A stretch of 63,748 bases of DNA, filler included, from Octopus bimaculoides (Eukaryota): assembly GCF_001194135.2 (NCBI RefSeq). It is 5 parts of 4 records of this genome, joined end to end, with 100 filler letters (N's around TTAATTAATTAA, not from the genome) between each part and the next. Parts side by side here need not be neighbours in the genome. Positions count along the whole stretch, not along the records: positions 41,027 to 54,760 come from NC_068987.1; positions 54,861 to 63,748 come from NC_068987.1; 3 more parts are not named here. One strand, written 5' to 3'. This document shows positions 53,485 through 63,748 of this stretch, in pieces. Each line of letters begins with the position of its first letter. Positions within the stretch are counted from its first letter, which is position 1. The notes beneath the pieces are model-generated. The model was not told the origin of the DNA, did not search any database, and worked only from the letters and a program-made list of their open reading frames with translations. Position numbers and translations under genes: made by a program.

Positions 53485-53896
53485 ACTCTTTTACTCTTTT
53501 ACTTGTTTCAGTCATTTGACTGCGGCCATGCTGGAGCACCACCTTTAGTCGAGTAAATCGACCCCAGGACTTATTCTTTGGATGCCTAGTACTTATTCTA
53601 TCGGTCTCTTTTGCCGAACCACTAGGTTACGGGGACGTAAACACACCAGCATCGGTTGTCAAACGATGTTGGGGGACAAACACAGACACACAAACATACA
53701 TACACACACATATATATATATACATATATATACGACGGGCTTCTTTCAGTTTCCGTCTACCAAATCCACTCACAAGGATTTGGTCGGCCCGAGGCTATAG
53801 TAGAAGACACTTGCCCAAGGTGCCACGCAGTGGGACTGAACCCGGAACCATGTGGTTGGTAAGCAAGCTACTTACCACACAGCCACTCCTACGCCT
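53485..53896 (-). mobile_element. SINE family A, full length
   Basis: Reverse complement of the family sequence. Confidence 0.9.
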
Positions 53897-54713
53897 ATAT
53901 ATATAAAACAAAGAAAAGTTGTAAGACACGGCATGAGTGGAGATATATATGAAATAAGGTTTCAGAATCCAATTTTAAAGATGTTTATTCACTTGACTGG
54001 TCTCACTTTTTTAGAAAAAGATTGTCAAAAGTAAAATGTAAAGCTTAGCAAAAGATTTGTTGTGTTAAATACTTGTTGTCACAAAAGTATTAAAATACAT
54101 ATATACATTATTTGATAATAATAAAAAAAAATGTTAAAAACAGTTTACAAAAAAGTATTCATGAAAAAAGTATTAGGAGTTCAATAAAAATCATGTTTGT
54201 TTGGAAGTATATATATACACAAAAGGTGATATATTTCAAAATTTACAAAAAATTGCAGAGGAACCGACCTGTCTTTTCAACATGTTTTCTCTCTTGTGTG
54301 TAGCTAGGGAACGTTTGCTATTTTAAGGGACAGTGCGGGAGGCTGGTTGGGGTGAGGGGAAGGAAGAGCAATGTAGAATGAAAAGGAATTTTTTTTTTGT
54401 TTCTGGGCTAGTCTGTCATGGTTCAGTGTTTTTTCGGACTGGTGTTAGTGGATGATTGGTGTGAGTGTGTGAGTGTGTGAATCTCTGTGCACATCTCTAT
54501 GTGTGTGTATATACATGCGTTTGTTTTTGTGTGTGTGCGGGGGGCGTTTTGATTGGACCCAGAGTTTATTGTGTCATGTGTATATGGTCTGTGTTTGTTT
54601 TATGTTTGGTAGGATGGTGTGTGTATATGTGTACACGATTTTGTGTGTGTGTATGTGTGTGCATGTATGTGTTTACGTATATGTGTATGTGTGCGTTTCT
54701 ATATGTATCTCTC

Positions 54714-54758
<45 letters not shown>

Positions 54759-54760
54759 AT

Positions 54761-54860
54761 NNNNNNNNNNNNNNNNNNNNNNNNNNNNNNNNNNNNNNNN
54801 NNNNTTAATTAATTAANNNNNNNNNNNNNNNNNNNNNNNNNNNNNNNNNNNNNNNNNNNN
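54761..54860. other. Artificial scaffold-join spacer
   Basis: 44N-TTAATTAATTAA-44N. Confidence 0.95.
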
Positions 54861-56199
54861 ATATATATATATATACATATATTCCCATATTCTGTCCATA
54901 TTAGCTATGGACAGAATATAAGAATTTATATTCTCTACCAAAAATTAAAAAAAACGAAGAGAAGCAAACTACTTACAGGTATTGAAGTGTCGCTACTTTC
55001 TGACATAAATCATCGGGAAGGGCTTCGATTGCAGCTCTATCAAATTGTATAATCGTTAATCTATGACTCCCCGTCAAATCCGGAAAAACTGTTTGTTGGT
55101 CAGCCTTTGAAATGACTCTGCAAATACAGAAATAGATGTATTAATTGTGTTTTGATTTAATAATTTTGCGGAGTTTAAACATACTTATTAGAGGAATGAG
55201 GAATCTTTTCCGGGAAGTACGCCACATGAGACATCAATCATCATAATACGGGACGCATTACAAAAAATTTCAATTGACGGTAATCTTTTCGTTAGTCGTG
55301 TCATTCAGAAAGTCCCGCAGGCAGTTATTTCCCACAGAACTGGCTTAGGACACTCTGCATTCCCTTTAGAGGGGTGGATTTGTAGTATAGTTAGAGCTTT
55401 AGATAAAATGCTTGACTTTATTTAGAAAGGACAGTGGTAGTGATATGAATAAGGCATGGGCGTTGGACACGGCAAGAGTACTGTGAAAATGAGACACGAG
55501 CAGACTGGGAGTGCCTGAGGAATTCAGTAGGAGCCTAGTCAGCTCCAAGGAGCAAAGACCATTATAGAAAAGATAGAAAAGGCGCAGAGGCAGAGAAATG
55601 GGAGAGAAACAAGAGACAGCTCGTTTGAGGGCTAGAGCCTAGGATATATTTGTAAATGATTTATGCTAATCTGTTAGATGGCCCCTTTTCTAGATGCGGT
55701 CCACAATGTCTGTATGTACAACACCTGCACCGTCCCAAAACTGAGCGTTTCTTTAATGACATAATAGCAACAAAGGCACAAACATTCAATATTGATGTCA
55801 CACAAAGGAATTACAAGACAATGTGAGGAACGTGCGAGCACACACAAAACAGGGGGACACACACACACATACACACAAACACGCGCATACAGACATACAC
55901 ACACACACATACTATGTGTGTGTGTGTGATAAACAAGAGCAGGAAATAAGTAATACAGATTAAAAATTTTTTAGAAGCAACAAATGCGAAAAACCCATCC
56001 CTATAGGAGTGAGAGACCACCACTTAAGAAGAAGAACAATTCTGGTTTATTAGGGCTTATTTGTGTTCAATTTTATATGTTGGTTTAATTTTCGTTATTT
56101 AGTCATTTAATCTTAGTCATTTAGGCGTTTTGTGTAATCGCCTCTTATTTTCCTCTTAATTAGTGAAATACTCCTGATGACTCTCAACCCACCCTGTAG

Positions 56200-56990
56200 T
56201 CCATTCAGCATTTGTATCAGTACTCGTTATTGATCCGGGTAACCGTGTAGTCCGGACACTGTGGACGAAGAATTGCTTTTGCCTCGGGTGATCTTCAGTA
56301 GCTTGCTTGTAATCAGACAGGACTCGTTTTTTTTATTTTGCTCCACGTTTGTTTTATTACAATCCTTAACCCCTTTGCTCCCTTCGTCTTACAATACAGT
56401 CTTCCCACATTCAGAAAACGATGGGTCAGGGATGAAAGCAGGGACTTCTTTGGTTTTTCGGCACACTATCTCTTCAGTTCCTGGTGTTAGCAGAACTTAA
56501 CTGAAATACGCTAAAATTTCTTTGCTGACAAACCTTTCTCTTTTCAATACTAATTGATGTAATTCTTGCAAACAACTCATTTAAATTCAGATTACAATTT
56601 ATTACTCAGCCTTGTTTCATTTTCCTGTGCTTAGAATCCTTTAATGATTCTCCTATCAAATCTTCTGAGTCTCTAATCTTTTGAATCCATAGCTTCCCTT
56701 CAGCACGTATTATTGCAGCATGTGTTGATGTAGTCTTTCCTCCTTCACCTTCTTCTTTCTCTACATCAACTGACCTACTTGTCGCCACATCTACAACAGC
56801 CACACACTTTAGACACCATACGCTAAACTTGCATCGATTTCACAAACGGAGACCTTGACAGCACCATTCAGTGGGAGTCTTGCTAATACTTCTTCTTGTC
56901 CACTCCAAATGTTGAACTTCAGTATCACTGAGGATCTGTTCTGGCGAAGTTACATCCTTAGCATAGATAGAACTGCATATAAAAGACTGA
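56200..56990 (-). pseudogene. Old RTE-like ORF2 relic
   Basis: Weak, frameshifted resemblance to the RTE C-terminal region; boundaries approximate. Confidence 0.35.
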
Positions 56991-56999
56991 CCCTTCTTT

Positions 57000-57370
57000 T
57001 CAAAACCAATAGTTGCTGATACTCTACAAGGCTCAAGTGAGGTCTACAACTACTTCCAGGACGGTGCTACTGCTGTGCATACTAATATCCTGGACAACAT
57101 TTAGAAACAGGATATTGGACTAAGTGATATGAAATCATTTAGTGATAGATTCCAGCCTCATGTTCACATGTGTTCTGTTTCTCTGCTATCTTTTCAGTCA
57201 CTGTTACAATGGCTTCTATTTTTCAGATCTAGCTGATCTTGTACCTCTACCGTTCAAGCAGCACCGACTCACTCGTCTCGCTACTTCTCGTTACTCTTAC
57301 TACTTCCACCATACTCTGATCATACATTGAGCACCGTGCACAATCAATCCACCCTAGAACATCGGCGATC
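57000..57370 (+). pseudogene. CR1/L2/Jockey-group LINE ORF2 3' relic
   Basis: LCYLFSHCYNGFYFSDLADLVPLPFKQHRLTRLA resembles the LFYRYY.G.CSSELA.LVP...R.TR ending of this group. Confidence 0.5.
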
Positions 57371-59647
57371 TGGATTCTTTTACTAGCTAATGTCTTTTCT
57401 ACAAGTGTTATTCCACAACAAAATATGCAGATTACTTCTACCGATCTTTGAAGCATCAATTTTACCGATTTTTGAAGGCTCACAATAAAGGATAAAAGCC
57501 CTGTAATTTCTTTCAAACTTACCAAATAAAAAGCAAAATGCAAAATGAATTTTCTTAATTGCTTGATTTTTTTAAAAATTAATTTGAGATATTCAGCTCT
57601 GACAAAACCCATGTCTAAAGCTATTCTTAAACCTAATTTTACGGTGTAAATTTCATGATGAACTCCTTTGTTTGAACTTTGTGGGTCAAGTTTACACATG
57701 ACATTTTTTAATGTTGTATTTTTCCTTCAATTATCCCCTATCTAAGTGTGTAATACTGTTCATTAGGAAACTGAGCTGGGGATGATGATAACACTAATTA
57801 TAGCAGCCATTAAATCTCGGTACGGTTGATCCAGTATTTATTTATCAATTTATTTATTTATATATTTATTGCTTATTTGTTTCCCTGTAAAATGTACACG
57901 ATAATTTTGATAATAAAAGCGTTGATCACCAAATTGTTACTTTCCTTTCAGGATTTTATGATTTGTATATTAATTGTGTTCATGATTTAATGCTCCAATA
58001 ATTTTTTCTTCAAAATGAAGATTACAATGATGATCACGTTAATGTTGCTGCTACTGCCACCGTTCCTGCTGCTGCCACTGCTGCAGCTGCTGCTGCTGCT
58101 GCCGCCGCCGCTGCTGCCGCCGCCGCTACTGCCGCCGCTGCTACCGCCGCCGCNNNNNNNNNNNNNNNNNNNNNNNNNNNNNNNNNNNNNNNNNNNNNNN
58201 NNNNNNNNNNNNNNNNNNNNNNNNNNNNNNNNNNNNNNNNNNNNNNNNNNNNNNNNNNNNNNNNNNNNNNNNNNNNNNNNNNNNNNNNNNNNNNNNNNNN
58301 NNNNNNNNNNNNNNNNNNNNNNNNNNNNNNNNNNNNNNNNNNNNNNNNNNNNNNNNNNNNNNNNNNNNNNNNNNNNNNNNNNNNNNNNNNNNNNNNNNNN
58401 NNNNNNNNNNNNNNNNNNNNNNNNNNNNNNNNNNNNNNGCCACTATCGTCTCTGCCATCAGAGTACCACTACTACTTATTAAGCTCAAGGGCTGACAGTG
58501 ATGCAACAAAATGCAACGAGAACAACGTTGAACAACGAGAAATTTACAAAACACCTTTAAGTTGGACAAACGACATTATATGAATAAATAAATCTAGAGC
58601 AAAATAAGAGCCGAACTACTCTGTTTACAGGACTGTTCGTCACACGCTATGAGTTAAAGCAATATGATTTTGATGTATCTTCTTTTCTTTTCTCTTTAAG
58701 TCAGGAAATTACCAAGCGCGGGTATCAGATCGGATGACAGATTAAATCTACTGCTCTACTAAGCCCAGGGCATGATTTGAACTCAAAAGGCCAAGTGATG
58801 AGAGAAATATCGTAGGGTATATGGTCAATCCATCTTTGAGTTCTGTCAAACCACAGTCTTGGATTTTTATTTTTTAGTAACTCCGCAAGAATGAAATCCA
58901 AGAAGTGACCTCGGTAGGAATTTAACATAGACTAGAGAATCGAAACAACAAATATTGTATGTCATTCTGTCTAACTCTGCCAATTCGCCACCTGGTGGAA
59001 GGATGTTAGGTAAAACAGAGACAACAACGAATCCATTCAAGTTATTCATTGAATTCCCATATGCAATGTTCATTTTTATTAGGAAATTGAAGATGTCAAA
59101 AATATATTTTATTTTAAAAGAATTTTTAAAAATAACTATTTAAAATATTATGCATATTCTATATCAAATATCTATATAATTATAAAATATAATGAGATAT
59201 ATTTTTATCTGATGTATAAGAATATGATGTATGAGAATATGATATTTATAAACGAAAAGTAAAACATATTTTAAATTTTTGAAATGAGAAATTAATCAAT
59301 AACTAGTTTGTTAGATGTTTGAAATACAATTGTATTTTTAAAAATCCCAATTTACTATTTATGAGATACAAAAACATAAAAAAAGGATAACGTAATATTA
59401 CTACGTGCCACTAGACCGTGTAAGGGGCCGTGTTAACTTAAATTTCATATCGTCTCTATTTCTCTCTATTGCAAAGGCACTGTATAGTGATTAGGTGTGT
59501 GCGTTTGAATGAGTTCAAGATAGTAGAGGTTCTGCGGAAAAAGGAATCGAGATTTGAGATGTTTATTGCGTTGTTTCAGGCATGATATGACAAGGAAGGA
59601 GACACCTATTACTTTGACAAGTTTGTATAACTCGGTTTGCTAGATCC

Positions 59648-59926
59648 GTTGTTGTTGTTGGCACTCCGTCGCTTACGACGTCGAGGGTTCCAGTTGATCC
59701 GATCAACGGAACAGCCTGCTCGTGAAATTAACGTGCAAGTGGCTGAGCACTCCACAGACACGTGTACCCTTAGCGTAGTTCTTGGGGGAGATTCAGCGTG
59801 ACACAGAGTGTGACAAGGCTGGCCCTTTGAAATACAGGTACAGCAGAAACAGGAAGTAAGAGTGAGAGAAAGTTGTGGTGGAAGAGTACACCATCCCCTG
59901 CCGGAGCCTCGTGGAGCTTTAGGTGT
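59648..59926 (-). mobile_element. SINE family E, 3' part ending in (CAA)n; head lost in gap
   Basis: Shares the ACACCTAA(A)GCTCCACG.GGCTCCGGCAG...CCACAACTTTCTCTCACTCTT module with family D (18221-18310), then has a different tail. Confidence 0.75.
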
Positions 59927-60618
59927 NNNNNNNNNNNNNNNNNNNNNNNNNNNNNNNNNNNNNNNNNNNNNNNNNNNNNNNNNNNNNNNNNNNNNNNNNN
60001 NNNNNNNNNNNNNNNNNNNNNNNNNNNNNNNNNNNNNNNNNNNNNNNNNNNNNNNNNNNNNNNNNNNNNNNNNNNNNNNNNNNNNNNNNNNNNNNNNNNN
60101 NNNNNNNNNNNNNNNNNNNNNNNNNNNNNNNNNNNNNNNNNNNNNNNNNNNNNNNNNNNNNNNNNNNNNNNNNNNNNNNNNNNNNNNNNNNNNNNNNNNN
60201 NNNNNNNNNNNNNNNNNNNNNNNNNNNNNNNNNNNNNNNNNNNNNNNNNNNNNNNNNNNNNNNNNNNNNNNNNNNNNNNNNNNNNNNNNNNNNNNNNNNN
60301 NNNNNNNNNNNNNNNNNNNNNNNNNNNNNNNNNNNNNNNNNNNNNNNNNNNNNNNNNNNNNNNNNNNNNNNNNNNNNNNNNNNNNNNNNNNNNNNNNNNN
60401 NNNNNNNNNNNNNNNNNNNNNNNNNNNNNNNNNNNNNNNNNNNNNNNNNNNNNNNNNNNNNNNNNNNNNNNNNNNNNNNNNNNNNNNNNNNNNNNNNNNN
60501 NNNNNNNNNNNNNNNNNNNNNNNNNNNNNNNNNNNNNNNNNNNNNNNNNNNNNNNNNNNNNNNNNNNNNNNNNNNNNNNNNNNNNNNNNNNNNNNNNNNN
60601 NNNNNNNNNNNNNNNNNN

Positions 60619-60649
<31 letters not shown>

Positions 60650-60790
60650 GGGAGAATTTACGAAAAAAAAACAACAGACGAAGACAGGTGGTGTAAACAA
60701 CAAATGGATGTATTAGTTTAACGCTCGGGAATAGAGAAAGTCTTTGACGTTTCGAGCTAGGCTCTTCAACTGAAAGGAACACAGAAAGAA
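60650..60790 (-). mobile_element. Penelope-type terminal repeat relic with decayed minimal hammerhead
   Basis: Minus strand 60772-60746: CAGTTGA-A-GAGC-CTA-GCTC-GAAACGTC. It has the palindromic ACGT stem III and GTC site, but the core differs from CTGATGA at two positions. Confidence 0.45.
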
Positions 60791-60900
60791 ATAAGGAGAG
60801 AAACAAGGAGGAAAGAAATATAAATGTAGTGGACAGTGATCTGCAAAATAGCTAGTTGTGAAATCTCAAGAACAGATCAAAGTAGGAACTATACTAGTCG

Positions 60901-61281
60901 CCAAACCAAAGTGGCTGTTCCATGTTACTACTGGTTTAACCCCAGGCAGATCTTCCGTCGGCTGGTCATCAGTGTGACGCTGCACGATTTGTATAAAATA
61001 TATATTCCTAGCAGAGGGAGCGAACCGCCATCATCATCTAGCAGGTAACTTGATCGCTCTGGTAGACAGGTGCTCGCGACTGAGGATGAGTAAAATAACT
61101 CGAAACTGAAACTGAACCAGTCTCGCGATCCTGTTAACTGCTAGAGGGTGGTAGTGGTCCGCTCTCCCTGCTATCAATATACAGTGTTTATAACGAGTGT
61201 AGCGTCGCACCGATAACCAGCTAGCGGAAGATCTGCCTAGGGTTAAACTAGTAGTAAGATGGAACAATCATTTTGATGTGG
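60901..61281 (+). ncRNA. ~380-nt imperfect long inverted repeat (rod-like RNA) capped by a hammerhead ribozyme; candidate retrozyme or viroid-like element
   Basis: 60916-60985 pairs in register with 61266-61197: 60/70 Watson-Crick, 5 G-U, 5 mismatches (manual count). Pairing continues inward to 61057/61125 and outward to about 60901/61281. Confidence 0.75.
61065..61135 (+). ncRNA. Full-length type I hammerhead ribozyme; predicted cleavage 3' of C61122 (GUC)
   Basis: Stem I TCGCGA(61074-79)/TCGCGA(61123-28); core CTGAGGA (61080-86) plus an extra T; stem II GAGT/ACTC with loop AAAATA; GAAA (61102-05); stem III ACTG/CAGT with a 9-nt loop; C17 = 61122; distal stem I GACAGG(61065-70)/CCTGTT(61130-35) beyond a TGC/T internal loop. 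Confidence 0.88.
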
Positions 61282-61294
61282 GGATTGATTTTTT

Positions 61295-61386
<92 letters not shown>

Positions 61387-62699
61387 TATATATATATATA
61401 TTTATATAGAATTACATATACATACATATAATGTAAAGTAAATGAAAGCAAAATATGCTCAGGATAGATAGCACAGAGTAGGGCTCAAATGTATAGGAAC
61501 TTAAATTCCAACTTCATCCAGGCTGGTGTCGCAGCATCGAGAGTTAGCTATAAGTGCAATCTCTACTAAGCTGTTTTGGCGGTAGTAAAGTTTATAAATA
61601 TAGTTAGGCTTGAGACATATTTTTACATGGAACATAAAATACAGATTACAGAGTAAAGAAAACTGTGTAAAATCTTATCTCGACAGCTGTTTCAAGATGA
61701 CCATGATTCACGCTATAACGATATTCATAAGTAATATTGAATGATATCACAGGAGTACATCCAGTGACACTTACAAATGAAATTGTTAAAGTAAGTTAGG
61801 CATCAATTTTCAAGAGCAGGGTGACAAATGCAAATTGTCTAGCAGTGTCAGCAAATATATAGCTACAAAAACAATAGAGAAGGGTCGTAAAAAAGGGGTT
61901 GGAGGAAGCAAGGGGAATAATAAAATAGAAGGCGTGGTTAAGAGATGATAGGAGATGAAGAGAGAGCTAGATAAAAAAAAAAACAGGTATAAAAACAAAA
62001 ACATGAAGTCAATAGTAGGCCAAAGAAATTATGTTGAAAGTTAATCTAGTCGTTGACCATAAAATTGTCAGATAAAAATGCAGAAAAGAGTAGCAGAGAC
62101 AATCAAGTGAGGGGTGTGTGAAAATTAAGCTTTAAGGTAAGAGAGGGCGGGGTGGGAGACAATAGCAGAAGAAAGTACGGCAAAGAAAAGATGAGAAATT
62201 ATACTGTTTTTACATAATGAATAAAGGTCTTGTAGAATTTATGACTGCAAGAGAAATTTATATATATATATATATATCCAAATTTATCAAAATTCATACA
62301 TTACTATATTTTGCATAATAAATAATAAAAATTAAAAATTTAGAGAAGGATGTAAGAACCAAGTAATAGAAGGATATATAAACCAATTTAAACCCTAAAA
62401 ATGTAGAATACTTTTATATAAAATGGAAACCTCATAATGCTTCATCCTAGCAAATGATTAAGGTAGTCATGATAAGACCATTCAACAATGAATCCATAAA
62501 TAAATTTAGATTTCATCTGAGGAAGAAGTCCACATTTTCTATTGACTGAAAACCAGGGATTAAAGGCAAAATATAGGATAATTAAGTTCTATAACACATA
62601 AACTTATTTAAAAAACCATAAGAGAATATAGTTATATAAAATCATTTCCAGCATTATAAAAAAGTCTTAAAGGATGTACGAACATAAGCTGTAGATATA

Positions 62700-62782
<83 letters not shown>

Positions 62783-63748
62783 CACACACACACAAAGATA
62801 TCATATATATATATAAAGAATATTTTATAATCATAAAATGTAATTACAAATAGCTAAAAAATATCAATGTAATTACCATATTGTATTATATTTTACAATG
62901 ATTAACAGTAGACAGAAATTATAAGCCCTCCGCAAATCATTGAATGTTACACCAGTATATACGAGAGTAAATAGAAATACAAAATACAAAATATAAAAAC
63001 ATGATATAATATAAAAGAATAAATAAAATGAAAAAATATTTATATAAAATTTCAATAAGAGATTTATAAAATGAAAATATAGACATAAGGTTGAAAGAGT
63101 TTTCATTATTTCATTATTGAAGCTATAGAATACATACTGGATATAAAGAGTGATAAAGGATGAAAAATAAAAATAAAAATAAAAATAAATAAATGATAAT
63201 AAGAATAAATAAATAACTAAATAAATAATAAGGATAGGTCGAGGTGTTCTTAACAAAGCAAATTAAAAAATAAATGAAGATGAGAATACCATTGGATGCA
63301 GTTTTATAAAGTAAGATGTAATATTACAAGCACTGATATATGTAGAATAATATAGTTCCTAGGGGTATGGAGTACGCCTAAGGGAAGCGTATGATCTGAT
63401 AATTAATTATAAATATACGTATTATGAGTGATAGGGAAGAAAGTCTTAGAACTGAAGGAAAAACAGTGCAATTACCGTTTAGGATGAATGCATACTAATC
63501 TGGTAGCGGTTATATTATATATGATTATATAATTTACTACACTAGAGGTAAATTACTTCATAAAACTGCATCCAATGGTATCCTCATCTTCATGTATAGT
63601 AATACCCTTTTATAAATAAATATATTTTGGGGAATAAATTATGGATTTTTCCCTTATGAGGTTTTTTCACGCTAGCTACTTGATAAATTCTTATAAAAGA
63701 CTTCATCGTATTATTGAATTAATTATATATATATATATATATATATAT

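Noticed and set aside
3625-53896. Regularly recurring ~400-bp repeats as a CRISPR-like or gene array
   Set aside because: They are dispersed SINE copies in both orientations, with no repeat-spacer periodicity.
54980-55370. Possible Tc1/mariner transposase relic (FPGK, PDLT-like fragments on the minus strand)
   Set aside because: Too decayed to support by eye; needs a profile search.
58015-58153. Poly-Ala/Pro/Leu-coding-looking (CTG)n/(CCG)n tract
   Set aside because: Simple repeat running into a gap, with no flanking coding signal.
7805-60806. Long ORFs dominated by X residues
   Set aside because: Artefacts of translating through N gaps.
60952-60972. Minus-strand CTGATGA within the rod, a possible second, opposite-polarity hammerhead
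   Set aside because: It is followed by CCAGCCGACGGAAGA; there is no GAAA with a valid stem II/III and no cleavage triplet geometry.
60836-61267. 70-aa (+) and 77-aa (-) ORFs overlapping the rod
   Set aside because: Short, no recognisable motifs, and expected by chance in GC-richer sequence.

Overview
AT-rich, microsatellite-dense animal genomic DNA, most likely an octopus draft assembly (inferred from the SINE/LINE repertoire). It contains many N gaps and four 100-bp scaffold-join spacers (44N-TTAATTAATTAA-44N). I found no supportable host protein-coding exon; nearly all listed ORFs are low-complexity, gap-spanning or antisense to repeats. The window holds several tRNA-derived SINE families, RTE LINE tails and relics, R4/Dong-like restriction-endonuclease LINE relics sitting in microsatellites, Helitrons (one with a PIF1 helicase relic), a pogo transposase relic, pogo and hAT MITEs with clean TSDs, and Penelope-like relics with decayed hammerhead motifs. 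The standout is at 60.9-61.3 kb: an apparently intact full-length type I hammerhead ribozyme (61065-61135, predicted GUC cleavage after 61122) with Schistosoma-Smα-like tertiary architecture. It caps a ~380-nt imperfect rod-like hairpin that can also sequester the ribozyme, making it a candidate retrozyme or viroid-like RNA element. All structures were folded by eye and need computational and experimental confirmation.
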